From Vampirovibrionaceae bacterium NZW_1234 (GTDB lineage Bacteria; Cyanobacteriota; Vampirovibrionia; Vampirovibrionales; JAGQHJ01): 64,000 bases of DNA. Location: assembly GCA_041697335.1 (NCBI GenBank), contig JBGUGD010000009.1, forward strand, positions 32,001 to 96,000, given 5' to 3'. Each line of letters opens with the position of its first letter. Positions within the stretch are counted from its first letter, which is position 1. A program made the position numbers and the translations under genes. This document shows, in pieces, positions 19,761-29,922 of the stretch. Under the pieces are notes generated by a model that did not search any database, was not told where the DNA came from, and saw only the letters and a program-made list of their open reading frames with translations.

Positions 19761-20890
19761 GCGTTAACCCTCCGCCCGGTTGGGACCGATTGAATGAGCG
19801 AATTCATACGCTTCTGGAAGCCCGTGGCATCATCGTCATCATCACCGGTTTTGGGTTTGAGCTTGGTCTTGGGTACCAGGTGCTTATCCAGAGGGGCGAT
19901 AAACATAAAGACCAGCTTTTGCAGGAAGACGCCGACAACAACGGCCATCAGGAGTGCGGCAGCCATAACCGACATGATTTTGGTGGACGAGATCCGTTTG
20001 GAAATCTGCTCAATGCTATCGATTTTACGAATCAAATTCTTTTGCCAACCTTTCTTTCGGGCAGCCTGGAGTAACTGATCCTCGGCACTGAGTCCGCCCG
20101 TCAACAGGCCGGTCAACTTCGAGGGATTCTTCCAGAAATACGTGATCCGATTCATCAAGCCTTGCGGTGCCGGATTGATTTTCGGGCGATTTTTATCGGT
20201 AAAGAGTTTATTGATGAGGGAATTTTTGTAGACAATCAGCTTGTTCTGTTCATTCACATCAATTTTGGACCATAAGGCTTTTTCGGCTGCTTTCGCCAGT
20301 TCAGCGGAACGTTTTGCCGGGTCTCCGCTTAGTTTAACGCCCAAGGGGCTCAGATTGATTCCGGCTTCTTGGGCGATGGCAAGATAATTGGCGGTGGGAC
20401 GCATCGAGTTGACGGTGGTTAACAAGAACTGCTTGGGGTGTTTCACGAAATACATCAGGCGGTACATGGGATTGTTCTTCATTCGAAGCAGTTCTGCCTG
20501 GGGCACAATAGTATTCACCGGGACACGGGGCTTCATAAACTGATTAAACCCGGGGTTAAAGCCGTATTTGTCGTGCTTACCGACCAGCGTTACACCCAGC
20601 ATGCCAAGCCAGATGACGATGTTCCGGCCCCACGTTTCAAAGGGGTGCTGGCGGTACTTGATGGCCATAATGCCTTGAGGAATGTAGATGGTCCAGACCA
20701 TCAGGCGGTTTGAAAAATCTTCGATGGACATCCCGCCCACGTTCACATTGACGGGCTGGGGCAATTTCTGGAATAACCAGTCCGAAAGTCCTGCGGAGAA
20801 ACGCGTATGAGTGGCTTGCTGTGGCTGTGGCCGAAGCGCATGTCCCCCTTTGGTGTTATTTCCCGGTAAGGTAATACCCCGTGTTAGCAT
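19757..20890 (-). CDS. Hypothetical basic membrane protein (N-terminal TRFSAG motif)
   Basis: 377 aa, hydrophobic segments near both ends; coupled to the downstream gene. Confidence 0.75.
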   Translation of the reverse strand: MLTRGITLPGNNTKGGHALRPQPQQATHTRFSAGLSDWLFQKLPQPVNVNVGGMSIEDFSNRLMVWTIYIPQGIMAIKYRQHPFETWGRNIVIWLGMLGVTLVGKHDKYGFNPGFNQFMKPRVPVNTIVPQAELLRMKNNPMYRLMYFVKHPKQFLLTTVNSMRPTANYLAIAQEAGINLSPLGVKLSGDPAKRSAELAKAAEKALWSKIDVNEQNKLIVYKNSLINKLFTDKNRPKINPAPQGLMNRITYFWKNPSKLTGLLTGGLSAEDQLLQAARKKGWQKNLIRKIDSIEQISKRISSTKIMSVMAAALLMAVVVGVFLQKLVFMFIAPLDKHLVPKTKLKPKTGDDDDDATGFQKRMNSLIQSVPTGRRVNA

Positions 20891-21147
20891 AGAATAGCCT
20901 GTACTCTGTCAGTGTTATCTTGCTCTTATACAGGTAAAAACAGAACAAAGAAAAAATTGTCCTGAACGGGGAGTATTATCCCAAGAAGGAAGGCTTTCCA
21001 AAAGTAAATTTCCGTAAAGTCCTTGTGCCCCAAGGGTATTGCCATGTTAAGCTGTTGCCATAAAACTGCCACATTGGCATTTTATGACAACAGCACCGTA
21101 AATCGGATGGGAGATAGGCACCTTGCCCAGAGGCGAATGGGGAAATC

Positions 21148-21423
21148 CTAGTTTCGTTGGGTTGGAATGTAATAGGTTTTGGAACGAGTTTGCGCCAATT
21201 CGGCGTTGACCATATCGGAAATCAACCCCAGGCTTTTGATAAATGTCGTGGACGTTGCAACCACCACCAGGATAAAGGACAGAAAAGCCAGATCCGTTGG
21301 CGGATGAAAACCCAGGGAAAAGGGATTCACATGAATGAAGGTCATGGCAATGTAGGTATAAAAGAAAATAATAAATGTGCCGTAGGTAATGTCCAAGACC
21401 AGACTAATGAGTTTCGGAATCAC
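21148..21423 (-). CDS. Small two-TM membrane protein
   Basis: AGGAGG RBS before GTG; two hydrophobic helices. Confidence 0.65.
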   Translation of the reverse strand: MIPKLISLVLDITYGTFIIFFYTYIAMTFIHVNPFSLGFHPPTDLAFLSFILVVVATSTTFIKSLGLISDMVNAELAQTRSKTYYIPTQRN

Positions 21424-21860
21424 AAGCAGCCTCCTGAAAACAGATCGCTATCCTCGAACAACGCATCAAGAAACGCCAGGTACATCCATGTACCGACAAG
21501 TATAGCTTTGGGACTGAAGAACAACCTTGGCGTACTGCTCATATACCTCCGTTTCTGGAAAATCAAACGTGGGACACCCCCCTCATGTCATGAAAATTCA
21601 CATGCAACTTCCCGGACTGGGCAGCGTCATGGATGACATCGCTTCACCGAGCTGTCCTGACGTTCGGGTTAGCCCATCTGTGGCTCCCGACCCAAGGGGG
21701 CGGAGTGTGGTAAAATGCAAGCAGCGGTTGTCCTTCTTACCTGAAGGCAAAAATAAGTCATCATTTCCTGACCGCATTGACAGAGGTAGAATAGATCCCG
21801 GGTTGGTTTTCCGTCTCACCCTAGCCCGTTGCAGACTGGAACCTGTCGCAGAATAGAAAT

Positions 21861-23021
21861 ATGAAGAAAGAGCCTTTTATGACCACAACCTTGCCTAGAC
21901 ATCGTTCATTCCTATTAAGCGCATTGTTTGCCGTATCCCTGTTTCTGACGCCTGCCGCATTGGCAGAGGCTCCTTCTCTACCTGCGACCTCTCACGCTTG
22001 CACCAAGGACATCACCGTCTATTTACCGGAAGCTATTCCTATTGTAGGTGTCGATCCTCAGTCGCAACAGGCCAAAGATCTGGTTCATGTCTACAATGAT
22101 CTGCTGAAAGCTTCCAACGAGCACAATATTACCGAAATCTTGAAGCTGTACAATCCCAAGTTCATCAGCGGCGACAACCTGAACCTGGAACAGCTGAAAA
22201 GTATGATTCAGGAAACCTGGCAATCCTATCCGGGGATCTGCTATCAGTCCAAGCCGCTTGAAATTCGTGTTCATGGCGATTGGGCCACTATCGAGAGCCT
22301 GGATCACTCCTATGCGACGGCTCCGCCGGATAAAGACGTGATCAACGTACCCGGTAAAATGGTCAGTCATTCCCGCAGTCAACTCTTTCTGCGACGCATC
22401 GGCAGCAGCTGGGAAATTATGAGTGACGCGACCATTTGGGAAGAAGCCACCATCCGCTACGGTCTGGCCGATGACCTGAAAATCGTGTTATCGGCGCCTG
22501 AACAGGTGAAAGCCGGTGAAACCTACTCTGCAACCATTCAAGCCAACCTGCCGGAAGGCACCTTTACCCTGGCCACCATCGATAACGAGCCGACGATATA
22601 CCCGCACCAGAAAATTGATGACAAGTTCCGGGCCTTGAACAATGAAACCAACCAACTTCAGCGGGTGCTTCGTGCCAATACCACAAACCACAACGAAATT
22701 GTCACGGCTACCCTTGGTTTAACCACGGTGGAGCAATCCAACCCCGAACGCCCTTCGCTTTCCCTCAGCGGGATTGCGACCATCGTGAAGCGGGTCAATG
22801 TGGTTCCCATCTCGGCGGAAGACGTTATGGCCGAAATGAAAAAACAGGAACTGGTCCGGACCTCGGCCAATGGGAAGTTTAACTTCAGCGATCAGACCTC
22901 GTCACCCAACAATGCCAACAATGTCGCTCCCAAAACCCCAGTGAATGGAAGTCTGGAAGTCCAGCCTCTGGAGAGTTCTCCTGCAAAAAACGGCAGGTCG
23001 GAAGAGGACGCTGAAGACTAG
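21861..23021 (+). CDS. Secreted NTF2/SnoaL-like domain protein
   Basis: Signal peptide ending ALA; NTF2-like pattern (LLKASNEHNITEILKLYNPKF.SGD...SWEIMSD). Start may be 21879. Confidence 0.65.
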   Translation: MKKEPFMTTTLPRHRSFLLSALFAVSLFLTPAALAEAPSLPATSHACTKDITVYLPEAIPIVGVDPQSQQAKDLVHVYNDLLKASNEHNITEILKLYNPKFISGDNLNLEQLKSMIQETWQSYPGICYQSKPLEIRVHGDWATIESLDHSYATAPPDKDVINVPGKMVSHSRSQLFLRRIGSSWEIMSDATIWEEATIRYGLADDLKIVLSAPEQVKAGETYSATIQANLPEGTFTLATIDNEPTIYPHQKIDDKFRALNNETNQLQRVLRANTTNHNEIVTATLGLTTVEQSNPERPSLSLSGIATIVKRVNVVPISAEDVMAEMKKQELVRTSANGKFNFSDQTSSPNNANNVAPKTPVNGSLEVQPLESSPAKNGRSEEDAED

Positions 23022-23024
23022 TCA

Positions 23025-23540
23025 ATGTCCCAGAGCCCGGTAAATCTCAAGGTGAAGCTCAAGCCAACCATTCGTCACGACCACTGGATTTCCTTCGGTT
23101 TTGCTGCCCTGGTCTATGGTCTGGACGCCCTGTCCAAGGCCTGGATCATTCGGGCCCTGCAGGCCGGGGAGAGCCAGCCTGTGATTCCGGGGATTTTTCA
23201 CATCACCCGGGTTCATAATACCGGCGCCGCCTTTAGTATGTTTTACGAGCATCCCGAAGTCCTGACGTTGGTCTCAGGGCTTCTGCTGGTTGCATTTCTG
23301 GGCTACATGCTTACCAAACCCAAGCTTAGCCGGGCGGAGATTATGGGATTCGGCTTTGTCATCGGCGGGGCCTTTGGCAATCTCATGGATCGCATTCGCC
23401 TGGGGGCGGTGACGGACTTTCTCGATGTGGTTGCCATTCGGTATCCCGTGTTTAATTTGGCCGACGCCTTTATTTTGATGGGCGTCGTGGTGTTAATGGT
23501 CGCGTATGTCAAACAGTTCAATCAATCTGCTTGTCGCTGA
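23025..23540 (+). CDS. lspA: Lipoprotein signal peptidase II
   Basis: D.LSK, NTGAAFS, GAFGNLMDR, VTDFL, FNLAD. Confidence 0.96.
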   Translation: MSQSPVNLKVKLKPTIRHDHWISFGFAALVYGLDALSKAWIIRALQAGESQPVIPGIFHITRVHNTGAAFSMFYEHPEVLTLVSGLLLVAFLGYMLTKPKLSRAEIMGFGFVIGGAFGNLMDRIRLGAVTDFLDVVAIRYPVFNLADAFILMGVVVLMVAYVKQFNQSACR

Positions 23541-24447
23541 GGATGCCGACGGCGAACGGGTCGATCGGTTTTTGGCCGAAAGCCTGCCTCAGTATTCCCG
23601 AGAATATCTCAAGCAACTGATTTCCCAGGACTGCCTTCAGGTGAACGGCAAGACGGTCACCAAACCGGCTTTTGCCCTGACCGAAGGCCAGGAGTTGACG
23701 CTGTCGGTTCCGGAGCTCAAGCCGCTGACGCTTTCTCCTGAGGAGATTCCGGTGGAGATAATCTTCGAGGACGAGCACCTGCTGGTGGTGAACAAGCCCT
23801 CGGGAATGTTGACCCATCCTTCGGGCAAAGAATTGACCGGGACATTGGTCAATGCCCTGCTGCATCATTGTCATGGGCAATTGTCTGGGATCAACGGCAT
23901 TGAGCGCCCTGGGATTGTTCATCGCCTGGATCGCCAGACCTCGGGATTGTTGATGGTGGCCAAGAACGACATCGCACACAGGGGCCTTCAGGATCAACTT
24001 CGAGATCGCACGGCCAAGCGTCAGTACCGGGCGATTGTTCAGGGGGAAATGCCCGAGCTTCAAGGCGTGGTGAATGCTCCTATCGATCGAAACCCTCAGA
24101 AACGGGACAAGATGGCGGTGATGCCTGGCGGACGATCCGCCGTCACCCATTGGGAAGTTACGGACCCGATTGGTCGCAAGATGACGGTGCTTCGGCTGAC
24201 GCTGGAAACCGGGCGAACCCATCAGATCCGGGTACACATGGCCCATATCGGGCATCCGGTTTTTGCCGATCCGCTCTACGGGTCCGGCTTGGAGAAGCAG
24301 CTCAAGTACAAATGCGATGGCCAGATTTTACAGGCCTTTCGTTTGCAGTTTACCCATCCCGTCAGTGGCGAGGCAATGAGCTTTGAGATTCCGCCGGACG
24401 ACAAATTCCTTCAGGCATGGGCCTTTCTGGATGCATGGATTCAATAA
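23506..24447 (+). CDS. rluD: RluA-family pseudouridine synthase with S4 domain
   Basis: RVDRFL S4 domain; VVNKPSG; HRLDRQTSGL; GRTHQIRVH. Confidence 0.93.
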   Translation: MSNSSINLLVAEDADGERVDRFLAESLPQYSREYLKQLISQDCLQVNGKTVTKPAFALTEGQELTLSVPELKPLTLSPEEIPVEIIFEDEHLLVVNKPSGMLTHPSGKELTGTLVNALLHHCHGQLSGINGIERPGIVHRLDRQTSGLLMVAKNDIAHRGLQDQLRDRTAKRQYRAIVQGEMPELQGVVNAPIDRNPQKRDKMAVMPGGRSAVTHWEVTDPIGRKMTVLRLTLETGRTHQIRVHMAHIGHPVFADPLYGSGLEKQLKYKCDGQILQAFRLQFTHPVSGEAMSFEIPPDDKFLQAWAFLDAWIQ

Positions 24448-24509
24448 TGTCCTTTGGGTAAAATGACAGCATCGTCACAGGCAATACTGGCAAGAAAAGG
24501 AAGACCGTC

Positions 24510-24890
24510 ATGGCAATTGCAAAATCGTCGATCTTGACCGGACTGTCCGTTGTATTTGCGGTCGCTGCCGTCCTCTTGGTGGCGCAGAACTGGGCCGGAG
24601 AGATGTCGGTGATGTTTTTGGCCAAGTCCTGGGGGCCTTATCCGCAGGGTCTGGTTCTCCTGAAACTTTTTGCCCTGGGTGCCCTGGCCGGGTTGTGCCT
24701 TTACTGGAACAGCCGCACCCAATACAACCGCGAGATTAAGCACTTTGAACTCCGCCGTGAAAAAGCCGAAGTGAAGGCCGAGGCCTCCACCGATCAGGTC
24801 CGGGTGCTGGAGTCCAAAATTCAAACCCTGGAGAAAGCCTTGGAACAAGCCCTTTCTTCCGGTTCGACAACCAAAAAGGACAGGTCCTAG
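24510..24890 (+). CDS. LapA/DUF1049-like membrane protein with coiled coil
   Basis: TM ending AQN, second TM, C-terminal coiled coil (LESKIQTLEKALE). Confidence 0.6.
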   Translation: MAIAKSSILTGLSVVFAVAAVLLVAQNWAGEMSVMFLAKSWGPYPQGLVLLKLFALGALAGLCLYWNSRTQYNREIKHFELRREKAEVKAEASTDQVRVLESKIQTLEKALEQALSSGSTTKKDRS

Positions 24891-24899
24891 GAAGACGGC

Positions 24900-25604
24900 A
24901 TGAGCCCAGGCAAATACACCACGCTCTTACATCTGGTTGGCCCGGTGGGCAGTGGTAAGTCCACGTTATGTCGGTTATTTCTGGACAGCTTTTCCGATAA
25001 ATCCGTGCTGGTGGTTGATGCCTCCAGCGATCAGCTGTTGTTGCTCAGCTATGGCTTGCAAGCGTCGGTCACGGTGGCGACGTTGATGCAGCAGATGTCC
25101 ATGGGCCCGATGACCCGCGAAGCCGTGGACTGGGCCTTGCAGGATCTGCCGGTGTCCATTGCCGCCGAAGCCGATGCGGAACTTCTGGCCTGGGGTGATG
25201 TGCCGGTGTCGCTGAGCGATGTGCAGCTGGAATTAATGAATTACGCGCTTCCCCGCCTGTTTCGGGAGTATGATGTGGTCATCTGGGATGGTCCCCTGGG
25301 GCTGGTCGAGCAGATCTACCCCAAATCCGAAATTTCAACCCTTCTGGTCATCACGCCCAAGGACGAAGCCTTCTGCCAGGAGGTCCGGGAGACCAATGCC
25401 ATGGTCTTGCTCAGCAAAGCCGAGGCTTCTGATATCCTGCCGCCCACGGCGGTCATGAACATCCAATCGGGTAACTGGAAATTCCTGGGCAAGTTGCCTC
25501 CCCTGTCCCCGCCGGAACGACGCATTCGGGAGCTTCCCCAGTATTTTCAGGACTGCCTGCACAAGTTGGATCTGCCCTTCGAGCTTCGCTCCTCCTCGTT
25601 ATAG
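24900..25604 (+). CDS. P-loop NTPase, divergent CooC/ParA-like
   Basis: GPVGSGKST Walker A, VLVVDA, YDVVIWD; GTG start. Confidence 0.6.
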   Translation: MSPGKYTTLLHLVGPVGSGKSTLCRLFLDSFSDKSVLVVDASSDQLLLLSYGLQASVTVATLMQQMSMGPMTREAVDWALQDLPVSIAAEADAELLAWGDVPVSLSDVQLELMNYALPRLFREYDVVIWDGPLGLVEQIYPKSEISTLLVITPKDEAFCQEVRETNAMVLLSKAEASDILPPTAVMNIQSGNWKFLGKLPPLSPPERRIRELPQYFQDCLHKLDLPFELRSSSL

Positions 25605-25633
25605 TTGTCATTACGGAAAGGATACACGGGTTC

Positions 25634-26515
25634 ATGAGTTCTGCCACACTGTTGGATGGAAAAGTAGTATCGCAACGATTACTGGATCAGGTCCGCGAGG
25701 AGGTGGATGCTCTGGTCGGCCGTGCCCGGCCCAAGCTTGTGGCCGTCATTGTCGGCGAGGACCCGGCGAGCGAAGTGTACGTGGGACGCAAAATGAAAGT
25801 CGCTGCGGAAGTCGGGATTGAGTCCGAGTTATTGCGCTTTCCCGCGTCCATTCAAGAGTTTGAACTCCGGGAAGAACTGCAGAAGTTGAACAACGACCCG
25901 TCGGTTCACGCCATTCTGGTCCAACAACCCTTTCCCAAGCATATTCGCACCAATGTCATCGTCGAAACCATTTCTCCGGAAAAAGACGTCGATGGCTTTC
26001 ATGCCGAAAGCATCGGCAATCTGGTTCTGGGCGTCGAACCTGCCGCCATGGCCTGCACTCCGGCGGGGATTATTCACCTGCTGGATGCCTATGAAATCAA
26101 CCTCGAGGGCATGCGTGCCGCCGTGGTGGGGCGCTCCAATATCGTGGGCAAGCCCATCAGCATGATGCTCCTCCATCGCAACGCCACGGTCACCATGTGC
26201 CACAGCCGCACCCATGGCCTGGATGACATCTTGCGCCAATCCGATTTGATTGTGGCAGCCGCAGGCCAGCCGGGCCTCATCCGGGCCGAATGCATCAAGC
26301 CGGGGGCCGTCGTGGTGGATGTGGGCATCAACCGCCTCCCCAACGGCAAGCTCACCGGCGATGTGGATTTTGAAGCGGCCTGCCAGCATGCGGGCTACAT
26401 CACCCCCGTTCCCGGCGGGGTCGGCCCTATGACCATTGCCATGCTCATGATGAACACCGTCCGCCTGTGCAAGCAGCAACAAGGCCTCCGCCTCTCCAGC
26501 CTGCTTTTTGCTTAG
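25634..26515 (+). CDS. folD: Methylenetetrahydrofolate dehydrogenase/cyclohydrolase
   Basis: YVGRK, EKDVDGFH, CTPAGI, GRSNIVGKP, DVGIN, TPVPGGVGPMT. Confidence 0.97.
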   Translation: MSSATLLDGKVVSQRLLDQVREEVDALVGRARPKLVAVIVGEDPASEVYVGRKMKVAAEVGIESELLRFPASIQEFELREELQKLNNDPSVHAILVQQPFPKHIRTNVIVETISPEKDVDGFHAESIGNLVLGVEPAAMACTPAGIIHLLDAYEINLEGMRAAVVGRSNIVGKPISMMLLHRNATVTMCHSRTHGLDDILRQSDLIVAAAGQPGLIRAECIKPGAVVVDVGINRLPNGKLTGDVDFEAACQHAGYITPVPGGVGPMTIAMLMMNTVRLCKQQQGLRLSSLLFA

Positions 26516-28347
26516 TTTTTCGTGCTTTCTTCCGCCAGATGCTTCTCCATCAGGCTGTAGCCGTAGGAGGCCAGGAGCAGGCCAACGCCCAGGAGGATGA
26601 ACAGGCCGATCTTGTAGGGTGTGCTCAGGGATTCAATGTCGTGAAACAGCAGGTTCAGGCCAGCCATTAAAAGCCAAAGCAACGCTGTTCTGCGATGCTT
26701 GCGGCGCTTGGCCAGGAAGCCCAGGGTCATGTAGGCAAAGGCCGTGCTGACAAAGCCGATGGTCAGCCATTGCGGGGGCAGTTCGATGCACAGGCTGTAG
26801 AAGAGCCCAAACGATGAAAAGACGAGGGTAATCAGGCTCATAAATCGATGTTGAGGGCAGAACACGAAGTAATCCAGCGCCAGACCAATGGCTGCGACCC
26901 AGGCGCCGGTCAGCACCATGCCGGTTTTTGCGGTAAAGCCCTGGAAAAATAAAATAGAGCCGGACACCATCCAGAACACCAGGGCGCTCCACCGAAACGT
27001 TCTTGGGTAGGAGGATTGCCGGGACAGAAACCCCAGCAAGAAGGCTTCAGCAGCCAACACAGCGGCTTCCACTTTGCCGTGGCTGTAATCCAGCGTGGCC
27101 AAACCTGTAAACAGAATACCCAGCATCAGCGAGCTCCACGCCCAGCGACTGGGAATCTCATCCCGGAATGCTGTCACCATCTGCCCCAGGGAGGCAAAAT
27201 GCACGGTGGCAATCATCACCATCACCAGGCCTGACTCCAGCATGGGATGATCCAAGACTCCAGCGTACACCCAGAAAAAGGCAACCGTGTTCAGGATGTT
27301 CAGGGCCGCATCGGCTTTATGCCGAGGCCACAAGGCGGCCCCGTGAAACAGCAGGAAGACGCCCCAGGTATAAAATTCCAGCAGACTCAAGCCCGTGGGC
27401 CGCATGGGAGAGCCCGGGCGAACCGGATCGCTCCAGTACCCTGCCGTGGCGAAGGCGCCAAGAACACTCGCTTTTTTCAAAATGCCCCATTCCGGTCGAT
27501 ACAGGGCAATGGCCAGGGTCGTGAAAACCAGAATCCCTGTGGAGGCCAGGGCAATGGATTCCATGCCGGAATAGCTTGCGGTGTAGTAGCCAAACCCCAT
27601 CGACAAAACAGCGAGGGTCTGGGAGTTGGATTTCAGGGAAATGCCGATGGCGGCAGCCACATACAGCACCAGGCAGACCCACCCGGCCGGGTGGGAATGA
27701 AACATCTGGACCGAGGGGATGAAAAACATGGCGTACAGGCTCAGGTAACCCAAGGCCAAACCGCCACCTTGCAGAATGGGGGCCAGCCGAGGGGCTTTGG
27801 ATCGGATGTTCTCGCCCACCCCAAACAGGGCACCACTTAGGATCCAGCCCAGCAGAATTTTTAAGCTCGGTGCAAAGAAGGCAAAGGAATAATTCAGGGC
27901 CATGGCCAGGCCTATCAGCAGGGCCACAATGCCCAGACGACTGAACCACTTGGTGCCGATAGACATTTCCAGCGAACTTTCCGGTCGGGCCGGTTCGGCA
28001 TGGGAGGCCGATGCAGGTGGATGAAGGTGCACCACCGTGGACGCGGGTTCCGAAACAGCCTCGTCCGGAGGGACTTCACTGTCTTCAATATTGTCTTTCC
28101 CGGGCGGTTTGATGGGGAACACCACCGATTGGGCAACGGAATCGGCCAGCGCACCGAGTTCTTTCGACAAGGCGTCGGAACGTTCCCCCAGTGTGGCCAT
28201 CCGATGCGTCAGCTCGGTCATGTCGGCCCGAATGGCTGTTTGCTCTTTTATTAAATCCTGGGAGACCTCAAGCAGGTGCTTCAAGGTTTTTTCCACATAA
28301 TCGGAATGCGGGGGTCGATCAGTCATGGAGGCCTCCAACACGGTCAT
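26512..28347 (-). CDS. DUF2339-like polytopic membrane protein
   Basis: N-terminal coiled coil, LEMSIGTKWFSRLGIVAL motif, many TMs, C-terminal KIGLFILLGVGLLLASYGY. Alternative start 28326 with GGAGG. Confidence 0.8.
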   Translation of the reverse strand: MTVLEASMTDRPPHSDYVEKTLKHLLEVSQDLIKEQTAIRADMTELTHRMATLGERSDALSKELGALADSVAQSVVFPIKPPGKDNIEDSEVPPDEAVSEPASTVVHLHPPASASHAEPARPESSLEMSIGTKWFSRLGIVALLIGLAMALNYSFAFFAPSLKILLGWILSGALFGVGENIRSKAPRLAPILQGGGLALGYLSLYAMFFIPSVQMFHSHPAGWVCLVLYVAAAIGISLKSNSQTLAVLSMGFGYYTASYSGMESIALASTGILVFTTLAIALYRPEWGILKKASVLGAFATAGYWSDPVRPGSPMRPTGLSLLEFYTWGVFLLFHGAALWPRHKADAALNILNTVAFFWVYAGVLDHPMLESGLVMVMIATVHFASLGQMVTAFRDEIPSRWAWSSLMLGILFTGLATLDYSHGKVEAAVLAAEAFLLGFLSRQSSYPRTFRWSALVFWMVSGSILFFQGFTAKTGMVLTGAWVAAIGLALDYFVFCPQHRFMSLITLVFSSFGLFYSLCIELPPQWLTIGFVSTAFAYMTLGFLAKRRKHRRTALLWLLMAGLNLLFHDIESLSTPYKIGLFILLGVGLLLASYGYSLMEKHLAEESTKN

Positions 28348-28489
28348 GGAATCATGGCTGTTTCATTATCCTACGATTCCGTCCGCTGTCCCTCCTCTGT
28401 CGTTAGGGGATTCGTCGCGACACCAGGTCGAGCAGGATGAGTGCGAGACACATCGTTAAATTGGGTGGATGGCGGTTTTCAGGACGAGG

Positions 28490-28927
28490 CTAGCCTTGCT
28501 GCATCAGGGTGTCGATTGTTTCGACTTCGGCCAGAAGGCGTTCTTTGTATTGCTCCGGGGTTTCCTCGTTATGCGGGTGTTCCTGATAGTTCACAAAGCC
28601 CATGGGGGATAACACCAGTTTGCGTCCCGGCGCTTCTGCATATTCTTTCGGGGGCAAGACACCTTTCACATAGGCTCTGGCATTGGTATGTCCCCGCCAA
28701 GTGGTAATTTCGATGCCCACCAGAGGGTAGTCGCCCGGTTTGGCTTTCACCACGGCGCCAACCTCATCGGCAACCCGCTGAAAAGTATCCTGGTCTGCCA
28801 GGGCCTGTGGTCGTTTCGGATCCCGCTCCGGGTTGCCGTGAAACGAATCCGACCGATCCAAATCCGAGACCTTCACGGAAACCTGCCCTGAAAAGCGGGG
28901 GCGCAGAGGCGAGATGGCGGATGTCAT
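28490..28927 (-). CDS. Hypothetical protein (N-terminal PRFSG motif)
   Basis: GGAG RBS upstream; 145 aa. Confidence 0.65.
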   Translation of the reverse strand: MTSAISPLRPRFSGQVSVKVSDLDRSDSFHGNPERDPKRPQALADQDTFQRVADEVGAVVKAKPGDYPLVGIEITTWRGHTNARAYVKGVLPPKEYAEAPGRKLVLSPMGFVNYQEHPHNEETPEQYKERLLAEVETIDTLMQQG

Positions 28928-28992
28928 AGATAAAAAACTCCAAAAGTGGCCGGTAACGATGCGAGAAGCATATCACCAGCACTGTTCAGAAT

Positions 28993-29799
28993 CTAGGATT
29001 CCATATCCTCGTATATTTTCCGAAAGTCGGCTTCGTTGCAGCCAAAGGCCTTGGCTAGATCTTGGCCGATTTTATTGATGCGCGAGCTGGGATGGCCCGT
29101 TAATGTCAGAATAGTGAAGCTCAGATCCTTTTGGAGCTGATAGGATAAGTCTTTAAACAACTTGGCCTCCCGCATTTTCAAAAGCAGATTACTGCCGTTT
29201 TTCGCCCAACTGTGTGCAAAGCGAACCATCGGGGACTGGTTCTTTTGGGGAATGTTCTCAAGCAGGACATCCGACAAGGTCGCCATGGTTTTGGCCACTT
29301 TGTAAGGGCTGGCGTTGGTCGGTATTTGGCCAAGGGCGGCATCGACCTGTTCGGTTTGGCCGGTTTGGCGCCCGATATATTTGACGAAACGGGTCATGAT
29401 CTCGGCCATCTTGACGTTGCCGGGGGCCAGGGCTTTTTCATAGAATGCGGGTTTGGGGAGTAATTTTTGCTTCAGTCTCTGTAGGAACGAATGGGATTTG
29501 TAGGCCCACAGCATATGACCGGCAATTTGAATCGGGAGTGCCAAAAAGCCGGTACCCAGGGTCACCAGGCCCAACACGCTTCCAATGACGACGTGTCCCG
29601 AAATGGAAAACACCAGCGGGTGGGTCAACATGCTTTTGATGCCGTTACCCAGCCACCGAAAAAACGAGGGCCGCTCCTGGGTCTGCTTGGATTCCGGGTT
29701 TGCCGAAAACTGCAGCGATGGGCGCCCGGTGGACACGGCTTTTTGAGATGCCGTCCGATGGGTAAGGGCTGTGAAGGGGGCTTGTGGGGAAATGTGCAT
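28993..29799 (-). CDS. Hypothetical membrane protein (N-terminal LQFSA motif)
   Basis: Start MHISPQ at 29799 with GAGGA RBS (ORF opens at 29853); hydrophobic hairpin. Confidence 0.65.
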   Translation of the reverse strand: MHISPQAPFTALTHRTASQKAVSTGRPSLQFSANPESKQTQERPSFFRWLGNGIKSMLTHPLVFSISGHVVIGSVLGLVTLGTGFLALPIQIAGHMLWAYKSHSFLQRLKQKLLPKPAFYEKALAPGNVKMAEIMTRFVKYIGRQTGQTEQVDAALGQIPTNASPYKVAKTMATLSDVLLENIPQKNQSPMVRFAHSWAKNGSNLLLKMREAKLFKDLSYQLQKDLSFTILTLTGHPSSRINKIGQDLAKAFGCNEADFRKIYEDMES

Positions 29800-29922
29800 C
29801 GTACCCAATCCTCGTTTAAGAACGCCGGTCCCTATGATGACCGCCATACCCAACTAAAAACCGCCCAAAAAATTTCTTGCTAGGAAATTTTTCCCATCTG
29901 CCTTGGGCTGGAATGCAGGCTT

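Noticed and set aside
21527..21856. ORFs or ncRNA in the ~440-bp gap before the NTF2-like gene
   Set aside because: No SD, no protein motif and no RNA family consensus recognised; an Rfam scan would be needed.
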